A program made the position numbers and the translations under genes. This document shows positions 48,186 to 62,189 of a stretch of 64,000 nucleotides of DNA, one piece after another; the first letter of the stretch is position 1; each line of letters begins with the position of its first letter. This stretch comes from Octopus bimaculoides (Eukaryota). Below the pieces are notes generated by a model. That model made no database searches. It worked only from the letters and a program-made list of their open reading frames with translations, and had not been told where the DNA came from. The DNA lies in NCBI RefSeq assembly GCF_001194135.2, contig NC_068992.1:17877205-17941204 (forward strand), written 5' to 3'.

Positions 48186-50661
48186 AGGTGGTGCTATATA
48201 TATATATATATATATATATNNNNNNNNNNNNNNNNNNNNNNNNNNNNNNNNNNNNNNNNNNNNNNNNNNNNNNNNNNNNNNNNNNNNNNNNNNNNNNNNN
48301 NNNNNNNNNNNNNNNNNNNNNNNNNNNNNNNNNNNNNNNNNNNNNNNNNNNNNNNNNNNNNNNNNNNNNNNNNNNNNNNNNNNNNNNNNNNNNNNNNNNN
48401 NNNNNNNNNNNNNNNNNNNNNNNNNNNNNNNNNNNNNNNNNNNNNNNNNNNNNNNNNNNNNNNNNNNNNNNNNNNNNNNNNNNNNNNNNNNNNNNNNNNN
48501 NNNNNNNNNNNNNNNNNNNNNNNNNNNNNNNNNNNNNNNNNNNNNNNNNNNNNNNNNNNNNNNNNNNNNNNNNNNNNNNNNNNNNNNNNNNNNNNNNNNN
48601 NNNNNNNNNNNNNNNNNNNNNNNNNNNNNNNNNNNNNNNNNNNNNNNNNNNNNNNNNNNNNNNNNNNNNNNNNNNNNNNNNNNNNNNNNNNNNNNNNNNN
48701 NNNNNNNNNNNNNNNNNNNNNNNNNNNNNNNNNNNNNNNNNNNNNNNNNNNNNNNNNNNNNNNNNNNNNNNNNNNNNNNNNNNNNNNNNNNNNNNNNNNN
48801 NNNNNNNNNNNNNNNNNNNNNNNNNNNNNNNNNNNNNNNNNNNNNNNNNNNNNNNNNNNNNNNNNNNNNNNNNNNNNNNNNNNNNNNNNNNNNNNNNNNN
48901 NNNNNNNNNNNNNNNNNNNNNNNNNNNNNNNNNNNNATAAATAATATATATATATACGTCTACATATACATATATATCTACATATACATATATAGCTACA
49001 TATATATGCATAAGACAGGAAAGAAAAGAATACTAAAGTGAAGGACTCCGATTAATGTTAATAGTTTTATCCATCCTCTAATCATGGATTTAGTTTAACC
49101 ATCTAAATAAAAAAAATATTTATCTGAAGTTTATCTCGTATTAGCTGACATTGGTGTATAGATCTGATCAAATAGTTTTGTCGTATAAAAGATCAATTTC
49201 CTCGATTGATGAAGATATAACCATCTTTTGTATGTTCTTAGCCTTCTTTTCATTGAATATAACGTATCCTTGCAGTAGCGAGAGAATAATAAATAAAAAT
49301 GTTAAAAAAACTACAGAACACGAAAGATAATCCGTTTCATTCGTTTAATATTTGCAATATAATCACATTAACATTGTTCACTATAACGATATCGGCGATG
49401 CTGATGATAATGATGAAAATATCGAAGGCTATGATGACGATGAGATGGCCGTGGAGAACACCATAGAGCGGACAAGAACGTCGAAGATAAGGGATGTTGC
49501 TAATAACAACCACGATGAAAGCAAAAACAATGATAACGATGATGATAATGATAGTGATGATGAGGATGATGATGAAGATGATGATGATGGTGACATAATC
49601 GCATATGCATCTATTTCCAGAGATACATGATATTTACCATTAATGAGTATATAATCGGACGGACAATTGATCCTATTAACTCAGTCTTCAGCGTTATCTC
49701 CCCTTTCATTTAATTGCAAGCTGCTATGGCCATAAAACGTTTATCGTTGATCAATGTTACTGATCCAAATATAGGATACGCTTTCTCCTCACCACTCATA
49801 CGTATNNNNNNNNNNNNNNNNNNNNNNNNNNNNNNNNNNNNNNNNNNNNNNNNNNNNNNNNNNNNNNNNNNNNNNNNNNNNNNNNNNNNNNNNNNNNNNN
49901 NNNNNNNNNNNNNNNNNNNNNNNNNNNNNNNNNNNNNNNNNNNNNNNNNNNNNNNNNNNNNNNNNNNNNNNNNNNNNNNNNNNNNNNNNNNNNNNNNNNN
50001 NNNNNNNNNNNNNNNNNNNNNNNNNNNNNNNNNNNNNNNNNNNNNNNNNNNNNNNNNNNNNNNNNNNNNNNNNNNNNNNNNNNNNNNNNNNNNNNNNNNN
50101 NNNNNNNNNNNNNNNNNNNNNNNNNNNNNNNNNNNNNNNNNNNNNNNNNNNNNNNNNNNNNNNNNNNNNNNNNNNNNNNNNNNNNNNNNNNNNNNNNNNN
50201 NNNNNNNNNNNNNNNNNNNNNNNNNNNNNNNNNNNNNNNNNNNNNNNNNNNNNNNNNNNNNNNNNNNNNNNNNNNNNNNNNNNNNNNNNNNNNNNNNNNN
50301 NNNNNNNNNNNNNNNNNNNNNNNNNNNNNNNNNNNNNNNNNNNNNNNNNNNNNNNNNNNNNNNNNNNNNNNNNNNNNNNNNNNNNNNNNNNNNNNNNNNN
50401 NNNNNNNNNNNNNNNNNNNNNNNNNNNNNNNNNNNNNNNNNNNNNNNNNNNNNNNNNNNNNNNNNNNNNNNNNNNNNNNNNNNNNNNNNNNNNNNNNNNN
50501 NNNNNNNNNNNNNNNNNNNNNNNNNNNNNNNNNNNNNNNNNNNNNNTATATATATATATATATACTACTACTACTACTACTACTACAAGTAGTAGTAGTC
50601 TGACAATTTACTAGTAAGAGATTATAAAACGTTTCGTCTTCAATAATTCGCTCATAGCAAT

Positions 50662-51094
50662 ATATTTTTTCTACTCTAGGCACAAGGCCCAAAAGTTTGG
50701 GGGAGGAGGCCAGTCAATTCGATTGAACCCAGTATACAACTGATACTTAATTTATCGACCTCGAAAGGATGAAAGGTAAGGTCGACCTCGGCGGAATTTG
50801 ATCTCAGAACGTATAGACAGACGAAATACCACTAAGCAATTCACCCGGCGTGCTAAAGTTTCTTATTTCTTTACTGTCCACGAGGGGTTACACACAGAGA
50901 GGACAAATAAGGTGAGACAAACGGATTAAGTCGATTATATAGACCCCAGTTCGTAACTGGTATTTATTTAATCGACCCCAAAAAGATGAAAGGCAAAGTC
51001 GCCCTCGGCGGAATTTGAACTTGGAGCGTAGCAGCAGACCAAATACCGCTAATCATTTCGCCCAGTGAGCTAACGTTTCTGCCAACTCGCCACC
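50662..51094 (-). mobile_element. Composite of two family B SINEs (50662-50863 and 50864-51094, different 3' ends)
   Basis: Two colinear B bodies; the second has the alternative tail tctttactgtccacgaggggttacac...ggattaagtcgatta also seen at 59387. Confidence 0.85.
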
Positions 51095-51103
51095 CTACTA
51101 CTT

Positions 51104-51142
<39 letters not shown>

Positions 51143-52210
51143 TTACTACTCTACTACTACTGACAATGTACTAGTACGTGATTATAAAACGTTTCGTCTT
51201 TAATAGTACGCTCATAGCAATATATTTTAACAATATATATCATATAATAGAATTATAGCAATCATTATGTTAGCAATTGAGCTAAATAATACGTGTCAAC
51301 GAAACAATACTCTTACTAATTATGTAGTTAACTACAAGTCTGAATTGTGTATATTAAACACGATTGATTGCTCACATATACGCCAATATGTACATACTTC
51401 GTCACTGCAAAGAAAACTGTATCCATTGTTCAGAGATAACTCTAGTTCACTAATATGTGACTTGGACTGATCGAACAATGTGTCGTTCGTATCTCATCTC
51501 CTGTTGGTATAATATAATTTGAATTCCACTGGTATTTCCCAAAACACACACACACACACANNNNNNNNNNNNNNNNNNNNNNNNNNNNNNNNNNNNNNNN
51601 NNNNNNNNNNNNNNNNNNNNNNNNNNNNNNNNNNNNNNNNNNNNNNNNNNNNNNNNNNNNNNNNNNNNNNNNNNNNNNNNNNNNNNNNNNNNNNNNNNNN
51701 NNNNNNNNNNNNNNNNNNNNNNNNNNNNNNNNNNNNNNNNNNNNNNNNNNNNNNNNNNNNNNNNNNNNNNNNNNNNNNNNNNNNNNNNNNNNNNNNNNNN
51801 NNNNNNNNNNNNNNNNNNNNNNNNNNNNNNNNNNNNNNNNNNNNNNNNNNNNNNNNNNNNNNNNNNNNNNNNNNNNNNNNNNNNNNNNNNNNNNNNNNNN
51901 NNNNNNNNNNNNNNNNNNNNNNNNNNNNNNNNNNNNNNNNNNNNNNNNNNNNNNNNNNATACTATATATTATTTACTATTTATTGTGAAATATAACGTGT
52001 CTTGAATGGCACAGGAATGAAGAGTGGACTGTAATAACTGTTATAATTCAATTATTCATAGTCTGATAGGATATAATATTTCCGAATATAAAAATTCCTT
52101 CTTCAGATATTGCTAGGAATTGATTGAGCCACTGTTATAATCGGTTTTCCAACGGTTACAATACTCTCCTATTACTATCTAGCAACATCTGATGTATGTA
52201 TGTATGGGAA

Positions 52211-52366
52211 GGCTTTTCACAGAGTTTCTGTCTACCAATTTCCATTGCTAGGCTTTGATGGGAAGAGCTCTAGATTAGACGACACCTGCTCAAGTTACCG
52301 CACAGTGGGACCGAACCCAAAATCGTGTGGTTGCAAAGGAGGCTTCTTAATCGTACAGCCATGCAT
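52211..52366 (-). mobile_element. SINE family C 5' half, decayed
   Basis: gtttctgtctacca...cacagtgggaccgaaccc...gtggttgc...cagccatgc. Confidence 0.7.
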
Positions 52367-52954
52367 ACGTCATGTCTCTGACCATGTCTACGTATCACTG
52401 CAAAATATAAGATAGGAAATATTAACATTCACATCCGTATATGTGACATCGTATCGATGAAGCCGGCTTTACTAAACAATTACACACACAGTAGTTGACG
52501 AAATGTTATATAAAACAGCTCAAACAGTGCAATGCAGTTATGTCGTGAGAAAGAAGAGATGATAAGCGTTTAAATATGGATATCTATCTTTCACTAGTTA
52601 ACTCATATTTCTCCGATGTAGGTTTCTGCTCTAAACCTCACGTTTCTATTTCGTTTCATGTCATAAAAATATATTCTATTGTTTGAAGTGTTAGTATCAT
52701 ATTTGCTGATGCGGACTACAAAGGCTTTTGTAGTATACTACTGTGTTCCTATAAAACTTATATAGCACACTGTTTATGTCTTACCTCTAACGATATATTT
52801 AGGTTGTAATAACTGAAAACGTTGTGTTTACTAGTTCTTTCTCTATAGAAATATATCACTAAACATAATGTTTAGTTCTCTATTTTACATGTATCTGTTT
52901 TTTTGTTTTTTTTTTACCGGTTTTTACTTGGGAATATTTCAGTAACAGCAAGGA

Positions 52955-53143
52955 AGCGATGTAGTAGAATCGTTAACTCCCCGGGAAAAAATTCTTAGCG
53001 GTGTTTCTTCCGACTATTCGTTTTTGACTTTCATTCTTTCAGGGTCGATAAAATAAGTAGCAGTTGAACACTGGGGTCGATGTAATCGACATATCCCCTT
53101 CTCTGAAAATGCTAGCCTTGTGCCAAAATTTGAAATCAATATT
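52955..53143 (+). mobile_element. SINE family B with an internal deletion
   Basis: agaatcgtta...cttagcggt...gactttcattctttcagggtcgataaaataagtagcagttgaacactggggtcgatgtaatcgac...gccttgtgccaaaatttgaa. Confidence 0.8.
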
Positions 53144-53639
53144 TCTGTAATCGCAATATAATAGCCTATGTCTTGAGGGTGTGCTACAGGCATTTGTGAA
53201 TATATTTGATAATTTAATAAAACAAGTCAAATCTAGCAAAAGCCAAATGTATTTTAATAGACATTTGCATTTTCGATAAACTTTCAAACTTGCCTTCAAG
53301 CATCAATGTGACACCGGAAATTTTGACAAAATTGTTATTTTTCATTTCGGAAATCAACTGGAAAAAGGACGCCTTTATCGAAAGTGTGGTATTGTGAGGA
53401 TGTTGATTAGTTTCCCTTTCTGTAATGCTTCAAATGCAGTTGACCAAATCAGGTTAGAGGACGAATGTTTGGTATTACATAATAGTAAATATTATCTGAT
53501 ATTTCCTTTTGGGTTAAGTAGACTTTGTGAGAAGGTACTGAATCTTGTTGAATCACATATGGCCTTTTACCACGAATTCCCTCCGTCCAGAATTTAAGAA
53601 CAGTCTTGAGTACCTCAACGTATCCAGCAGCTTTAATTC

Positions 53640-53714
53640 TAGAACGTAACAACGGGCGAAATACCGCTAAGCATTTCGTCCAGCGTGCTAACGTTTCTGC
53701 CAGCCTGCCGCCTT
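53640..53714 (-). mobile_element. SINE family B head
   Basis: gaaataccgctaagcatttcgtccagcgtgctaacgtttctgccagcctgccgcc. Confidence 0.8.
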
Positions 53715-54677
53715 CCAGCAATAAAGAATAAGCTAGCAATAAGAATAAAATGTTACCTTGGTAATATTTTACCAGTAATACTTGCTCATATATTCCCTGT
53801 TCATCTACTTGATTGGATATTCCTTGGTCAGTCATATTTTTCTTTTTTTCCAAAGACTTCTTCAGATATCTCGCCTCTCCAGTTATCTCGCTTATCATGG
53901 TTGAAAATAAAAGAAAGTAATAGAAAACATAATAAGAACGCTAGAGTAAATAGCTATATATTCCACAGCTTCGTGTTATAGGAATCGAATAATGCTGTCA
54001 GGATCGTGTCTATTTTCATTCTGAATTTTTTTTCCTTTTCCTTTGCCGCTCTGTAGGAGTAAGAGCGTTAAGAGAAATGACTGGGTTAAAGATATTGCCA
54101 GTATATTACTTTAGTTGTCATTCATTACAAGAAAAATAAGCAACCCGCCGTGCCACATATGTTCACCGTCGGATTTCCGGCCCTCACATTTATATAAAAA
54201 CCGGCAATCGATACGTTTCAACGTCCATCTGGCTTCTTTCTTCTTTCTTCTCTCTTGATTTGCATAGACATTCATACATACATACATACGTACGTACATA
54301 CATACATAAATACATACATACATACACATATACACGCACACATACATACATAGAAACATAGATACGTACATACACACACATTAAACACACACAAGACGCT
54401 CATATATATAGGTATATATATGTATAAATTTCTCTCTCTATAAATATATACATATATATATGTATATACCTATTATACATATGTTATATAATATATACGT
54501 GTATACATATATTGTATAACATATATATTATATATATATGTGTGTGTATAGGTTTGAGTGTGTGTTGGTGGGTGTATGTATATATATATATGTATAAATT
54601 TCTCCCTGTCTGTCTATGTCTCTCTCTTTCTGTATATATATATATGTATATACGTATGTATACATTTCTCCCGCACT

Positions 54678-54746
<69 letters not shown>

Positions 54747-54781
54747 TATATACATACATATATACATACGTATATGCACGT

Positions 54782-54813
<32 letters not shown>

Positions 54814-55185
54814 CATGCGTGTATGTTGTGTGTGTCTATGTATATCTGGATGCTTGTATGTGCTACAAGATGTTCGGTTATTCTCACTGATCAAGAATAT
54901 GAAGTGTCTTTTACAGCCTCAACTCAAGATAATATTTTCTTTAATATCTTCTTAGACTCTTGTCTTGTTGGAAGCGCTCCCACTACTTCCGCAACGACTA
55001 ATACTTGTCAGAAAATCACTATCTATAGATTCTAGACTAAGTTTTGCATCGAAGAATCCTTAGGTCATTTAACATCACTGAACAGAACTAGATTCTCTTG
55101 TCTTATTTTCGGCGCAAAAGCCATAATATTAGCTAAAGGTCAGACACATCCAAGCAAACGAAATTTTTTAATAGTAAATGATATA

Positions 55186-55343
55186 ACAACAACAACAACA
55201 ACAGCAACAATAATAATAATAATAGCAAGGAGTGTGGTGGTGGCGGTGGCAGTGGTGGGGATACTGGTGGGGATACTGAAAATGATGTGGTGGGATGAAT
55301 ATGATGATGAGTGCGAAGCTGATGCTTCTGCTGATGATAATTG

Positions 55344-55420
<77 letters not shown>

Positions 55421-55438
55421 ATAATAATAATAATAATG

Positions 55439-55515
<77 letters not shown>

Positions 55516-55595
55516 AAGAAGAAGAAGAAGAAGAAGAAGAAGAAGAAGAAGAAGAAGAAGAAGAAGAAGAAGAAGAAGAAGAAGAAGAAGAAGAA
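55186..55595 (+). repeat. Compound trinucleotide array (AAC)-(AAT)-(GTG)-(GAT)-(CTA)-(AAT)-(AAG)
   Basis: Directly visible. Confidence 0.95.
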
Positions 55596-55835
55596 ACCTT
55601 TTGCGCAAAAAACAATAATGACTAAAGAAGAAGAAAATGTTGAATGTCGATAGAAAGAAGACACACATTAGTCAAAGTTGATCCTTGTTTATCTTAGAAA
55701 GTAGCGAGGTTTGTTGTAAGAACTAATAGCAGTAGGGTGTCTATTGATTTCTCAGTATCCCCATAGGACGTAATAGTATACAAAATTTAGAATACGTAAG
55801 TCTCTGAAGGGATCTACCAACAAATAATAAAAATA

Positions 55836-56559
<724 letters not shown>

Positions 56560-56949
56560 TAATTATAATAATACCAGGCAGTGACTCTCATGGTTTCTGA
56601 ACTTAATTGATTGGAAGTGTTAACATGTACCTGTTTTGTCTTGGTGTAAAAGATGGGCTACAGCAAATATTCTGCTCAATACCACAGATTTGTTTTTCTA
56701 ATTCCCCTCTTATCGCTCTGTTTATTATGTATAACCTTCATATCTGCTTATATTATGCTCCACCGTACATGTAGGAGGGAGACCAATAAGAGTTGGGAAA
56801 GAAAGAGTGATGGGTTGGGATATATCCTGGTTACCGATTATTACGTTAACGCCATTATTTTCCGTTACTTGAGTTGCTAACGGATGATGATGTTCGTGCT
56901 TCTGCTATTGCGGTTTCTTCAGTTTCTGATACAGTTGTAGCTGCTGTAT

Positions 56950-56981
<32 letters not shown>

Positions 56982-57308
56982 AAATGTTACTATTGATGTT
57001 ATTATTATTGTTCCTTTTTCTTGGCTGCTTCTGGTGTTACTGCTTCTGTTATTTCAGCAATGGTATCGGCAGCAGTGGAGCCCTAATTCCTCTTTTCTGT
57101 TTCGGTTTTGTGGCCAGAAAATATTTCTTCCTCTCTCTTCACAAATCTGATGCTTTGCAGAATTTATAAAATCGATATTTATATAAAATCAATATTTATT
57201 TTAGTTATAGAATAAAAAAAAATGCACTTGATCTTTTACTGTAAATAATAGAGTGAACTTCATGTGTTTACCTCTGTAAAGGAGTGGAATTTTATATTTT
57301 CAGATTTT

Positions 57309-57450
<142 letters not shown>

Positions 57451-59386
57451 AGAGAGAATATTCCTTCCTCGTTCCTTTTTTTCTCTCTTTCACAGACGAA
57501 GAGACGGGCCCAAAGCATTTCACTTCACGTATCCTCACAATATGCGAATTTACCCAAACATTCCACTGTATAACATTTTTGTCGGTCTAGTCCACCAACA
57601 GCCTCCTAAATCCCTGATGTTTTGAAACCTCAGACATACACATTTGGTAGAAATGTGAACTAAATTTTCAGAAAAAATACAACTTTGTCGACTTCCATAA
57701 TATTCTACCGTTTACGGGATACGATCGGTTGACTACTTCACTGATAATTCGGTACTCTACAATAATCCGCAATGAAAATGCATGTCTGTATTGGACTACA
57801 TTCGTGATTAGGTTAGGGGTTAGTAGAGTTTATTGTTTTATGGCGCTATTGTCAAATCTACGACTGTGACATTTGTCTTTGGTTCCATATGTAGTAAGTA
57901 GGAAAGAATTTGCGAGTAACGTATTGGTGTCTAGTGGAATCAATACTATTGTAGATAAGTATAGACGCTAGCAGAAAGGTTATACAGTCTGAGTCCAACC
58001 AAATAAATCGTCAAGCTTACGGTAAATGTCTTAACATTTTAAAACAGCTTAAAACCTGTGAAACATTATGTAAATAGACATTACTTTAAAAACATATTTT
58101 CTAGATTATTAGTTGACATTTAGAAAATTTGTACGTCCCTCGTAACTTCTAGTCGATGAGCAAATTCAATGCAATGCCCACTCTCTGACAAAGGTGCAAT
58201 CTATCAAATGCTACTTTCAACCTTTAGAATCTTTCTCCAGTTCATTGATTCAAGAGCCACGTCACTATCTGTAAGAAAATACCCATACATATTGAAATCA
58301 TAAAACTTTCAACTATGAACTTAAAATCATGGCGATATTTTATTGTAAAACTGATATGCAGCTAAAACGAAGATCAGCTAAATTAACCTTTCTATGAATA
58401 ATTCTGGAAACGAACCTAGAATTTTCTGAATCAGGATTCATTTGAGATTTTCCATTCACTTTATTTCGTACATATTTTATTAGGAACATTAACCCTCTTC
58501 CATGAACCTGGTTATATCGATTAAAGTTTACTGGTCTGTAATCGCTGTAAATTTATTTGAGTGAAATATAATAAGAGTAAAATTGGGCTGACATACGAAT
58601 GGAAATTTAATTTAATGTAAAGATGGCGTATTTTACCGTAGAGCAATAATTGAGACTCCATGTGAAATATATTTACATAACAATAAGGAATTTCAAAAGA
58701 GATGGAATTACAAACCATGTAATATTGAAGTTTTGAATAATATCTTCACTCTGCATTTGGTTTGTAGAAACCCAATTCATTCACACATACAAACATATAT
58801 GACACTATATGAAAAATGTCAGCGGTTGATACTAAATGGACAATTACATGAAACTCTGAGTAACGAGTAACGGAATATTGTTAGCTGATACTAATGATAT
58901 ACTCTGCCTAAGATATTGATTTCCTTTTATTCTAACCGTTGGATTAAAGATTGCTTAATATTTACAAACAAACAATACCTATATATATATATACTTCTTT
59001 GTATGCCAGTTCGCTGCGGCATAGCACCTGGGGAGACGATTTCCTCATTATACTGGATGTTAAAAGAGAGGTCGAGGTAAAACAGTATAGAGAGACAAAT
59101 CATTAATCGGGGATATCACTAGTCATCAGTCGGAATGAGAGGCGACTGAGTTAAGTAATTCCACGATTAAAGATTTAAAGGACTAAAGAAGTCATAGAGT
59201 TAAGTTGTTTTATAAAGTACGTAGATGGTTTTATATATGAATGCTTTAATCCAGCAGGTGTTTGCGTGTGTGCGTGTGTGTGTGTGTGTATGCAAATTTG
59301 TGTACTTATTTAATCAAGTAAAATGAATTCTAGTTATATCAAGGAGATTCTAGTACCATTTTTTAGGCAATATAATGTAAAATATT

Positions 59387-59621
59387 TATTTCTTTATTAC
59401 ACACAGGGGGCTAAACATAGGGGGGGGAGACGAACGAGGACAGACAAAGGGATTAAGTCGATTACATTTACCCCAGTGCGTAACTGGTACTTATTTAATC
59501 AGCCCCCAAAGGATGAAATGCGAAGTCGACCTCAGCAGAATTTGAACTCAGAACGTAAGGACAGACGAAATACCGCTAAGCATTTCGCTCGGCGTGCTAA
59601 CGTTTCTGCCAGCTCGCCGCC
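59387..59621 (-). mobile_element. SINE family B (alternative-tail subfamily), full length
   Basis: Complete head ggcggcgagctggcagaaacgttagcacgccg on the minus strand; TSD aatataatgtaaaatatt (59369-59386) vs aatataatgtcagatatt (59624-59641), 16/18. Confidence 0.9.
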
Positions 59622-59987
59622 CTAATATAATGTCAGATATTGTCACATAATTGTATTGATGTTCTGCATTTTCCATTCTGGCAACTGCAGTATTTTTCGA
59701 ACTTGATTCAATGAACTTGGTTACGTCACCTCTGATCCTGATACGACCAAGGAAGCGCGAAAACGGTAATTGGATCATTGTGTGATAACATTAAGATAAG
59801 CATATCTGATACGTCAGTTATGGTTAGAAATACCGCTCATGATACAGTTGTGAAATGATTTGCGACATATTCAATCTTAGATTTTTATGTCGTTATATGT
59901 GTAAATACATCTAATAGCATCTCATAGTGTCACTGATAAAAATGACCTCGATATAGTCGAATTTCGGGTTGGATAATGCATTATATA

Positions 59988-60730
59988 GGCATGGCTGTGT
60001 GGTAAGGAATTAGTTCCTCAACCACATGGTCCCGGATTCAGTCCCACTGCGTGGATACCTTTGGATAGTGTCTTCAAGTATAGCTCCGAACCGACCAAAA
60101 CCTTGTGAGAGTATTTGATAGACGGAAACAGAGAGAAGTTCGTTGTATGTATGCATATATATATATATATATATATANNNNNNNNNNNNNNNNNNNNNNN
60201 NNNNNNNNNNNNNNNNNNNNNNNNNTATATCAGTAAATGGAGTTAAACGCAGGTGTTATTCAAATTCTTTTACTTCTGACGCATGTTTCGAATATATCAC
60301 TGGTATTATTCCAAAGGAATAAAATGGTGTAAAACAATGTAATCTTCTTTTCAGGGAAATCAAGAAATAAAACTCGTCAATAAGACATTTCAACAGAATA
60401 TGATGGATATGTATAGTGATTAACTGAATTCTATTAAGTTTGTTTGTTAATTTTTAACAAGGGAAAAATACACACATCTATTTATATATATATATTTATA
60501 TATGTGTGTGTGTGTGTACGTGTTTGGGCGCATATGTGCCTTTCTGTCTGTATTTGTTACCCACCAGCGCTTAACAACCGATGTTGGTATATATACATCC
60601 ACGTAACTTGGTGGTTTGTCAAAAGAGACAGATAGTATACCGGACATATAAATTCATTTAGCTAAGCTTTCTTCATGGAGGTGCTCCAGCATTGCCGCTA
60701 TCTATTGACTGAAACATGTAAGAGATAAAT
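59988..60730 (+). mobile_element. SINE family C split by (TA)n, an N gap and a foreign insert (about 60226-60480)
   Basis: Head ggcatggctgtgtggtaag...agtcccactgcgtgg at 59988; 3' half cgcttaacaaccgatgttggt...gtgctccagcattgcc...gactgaaacatgtaa at about 60500-60730. Confidence 0.8.
60272..60360 (-). ncRNA. Decayed hammerhead-like motif (G8A) in a probable pLTR fragment
   Basis: Minus strand: AUUUCC-CUGAAAA-GAAGAU...AUAUUC-GAAA-CAUGCG-UC-AGAAGU; GUC triplet, stem III AC/GU with a 4-nt loop, stem II 5/6 paired. Confidence 0.45.
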
Positions 60731-61332
60731 GATAGAAAAATAGAAGCTGTATCTTCCTCGTTTCCTATACATTGGCTTGGTTCCAACATACTTACCAACC
60801 ACATTTTTTCACTTCTGAATAAGTGTTTAATAGAAAAACAAAGACTCAATCTAAGTGATTATTATTTTAACATGCGAGTTAAGTGAATATCTATGTTGAC
60901 GTACAAGAAGGAACCACCGCTTGATGAAAAGCGGTCGTTCATTGTTGAAAGAAAGGAAAACGAACAGGACCTGAGGATGGCATGCTTAAGAGACAAGTCA
61001 TGTTTTTAAAGGCTACAAACAAAACTGAAGATTAGGAGCTTAAAATGCAGTTACTTATGTCACAGATAAGAGCATTGTTATTGACACAAGCAAGGGAAAA
61101 CTGAATCCTAATGAGAAATACAAATACCATTGTACCCTATTCTCGAAACTCAAAAAACAGTAGGAAGGAGAATATATCAAATATACATTTTATTTCTTCC
61201 ATAAGCTGAACTAATGAACCCTCGCCTGTTTCTTCAGTGCATGATTTACTGTGGAAAATATAATAAGCAATGTCTGCTTTCAAAGAAATTTCTATTTTAT
61301 TATTTTTCATGACCACTAGGACACATAAAAAC

Positions 61333-61596
61333 GAAGCTCAATCCAGTTTCTGTGGCATACAAGTAGGTGGGTTTACAACATTACCCCCATGAAAGGAACA
61401 CCAGTTCGTCTCAGGACTAACTTACCAGCTATTGCTGGAATATATTTGCAGCTGAGTGGACAGGACCAATGTCAACAGGGACAATGTGAACAGGACTAAT
61501 GTGAAATAAAATGGTTTGCTCAAGAACATACCAGAAATCGAAACCACTATCTGCCGATCATGAGTACAATAATCTAACCACTAGGCCACCTACCTT
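61333..61596 (-). mobile_element. SINE family E-type (central domain, different tail)
   Basis: Minus strand: ggtggcctagtggttag...gtttcgattt...ttgagcaaacc...gtccactcagctgcaaat...cctgagacgaactgg...atgccacagaaactggattgagct. Confidence 0.65.
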
Positions 61597-61859
61597 CACC
61601 TTTCAAAATGACAGTCTCATTAAAGAACAAATCATCAAAAATGGTCCTTATAGTTTTTCCCTGAGAGACAAGATTTTATGGAAGAAACGTCAATAAATAT
61701 TATGTTCATCTTTCTATAGTAAAAGAAGACAGTGTACCTTTCGAAAATCTTTGGCCACTCTTCAAATACCATATCCTGAAAGTAAAAACACGCTGTGCAT
61801 GCACTCAAAGAATGTAGTCAAATCAGCTATGGAATTAGTTACCAATCTATTGCATAGTG

Positions 61860-62150
61860 CGATATAGACAGTGGACACGGGTTCGATTCGCGTCGGTGCG
61901 TTACGTTCTTGAGCAAGACACTTTCTTTTACCTTACTTCAGTCCACTCAGCTTGCCCTAATGCTCCGCTGGCAAAAATGTATCTCAAGGGTCCGGCCTTG
62001 TCACATTTTGCATTATGTTGCAACTCACCAAGAACTACGTTAAGGGTACGCGTATCTGTGTAGTGTTCAGCCACTTGCACGTTAATTTCACGAGCAGGCT
62101 GTTCTGTTGATCGAATCAACTGGAACTCTCGTCGTCGTAACCGACGGAGT
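61860..62150 (+). mobile_element. Hybrid SINE (E-type head and central domain, family A 3' body) with a T-rich 3' end
   Basis: gggttcgattc...cttgagcaagacact...cagtccactcagct..., then aagggtccggccttgtcaca...cacttgcacgttaatttcacgagcaggctg...gacggagt. Confidence 0.75.
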
Positions 62151-62189
62151 CTTTTCTTTTTTTTTTTTTTTTTTTTTTTCATATGCAGT

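Noticed and set aside
49352-49630. Acidic D/N-rich 92-aa ORF
   Set aside because: Produced by a degenerate (GAT)n tract; no domain or splice support.
1770-51995. Long ORFs in the six-frame track (e.g. 5257-6216, 48151-49011, 49714-50592)
   Set aside because: They are open only because they span N gaps or low-complexity microsatellites; no coding evidence.
57808-57825. ttaggttaggggttag telomere-like motif
   Set aside because: Only 2-3 imperfect units; not an interstitial telomere array.
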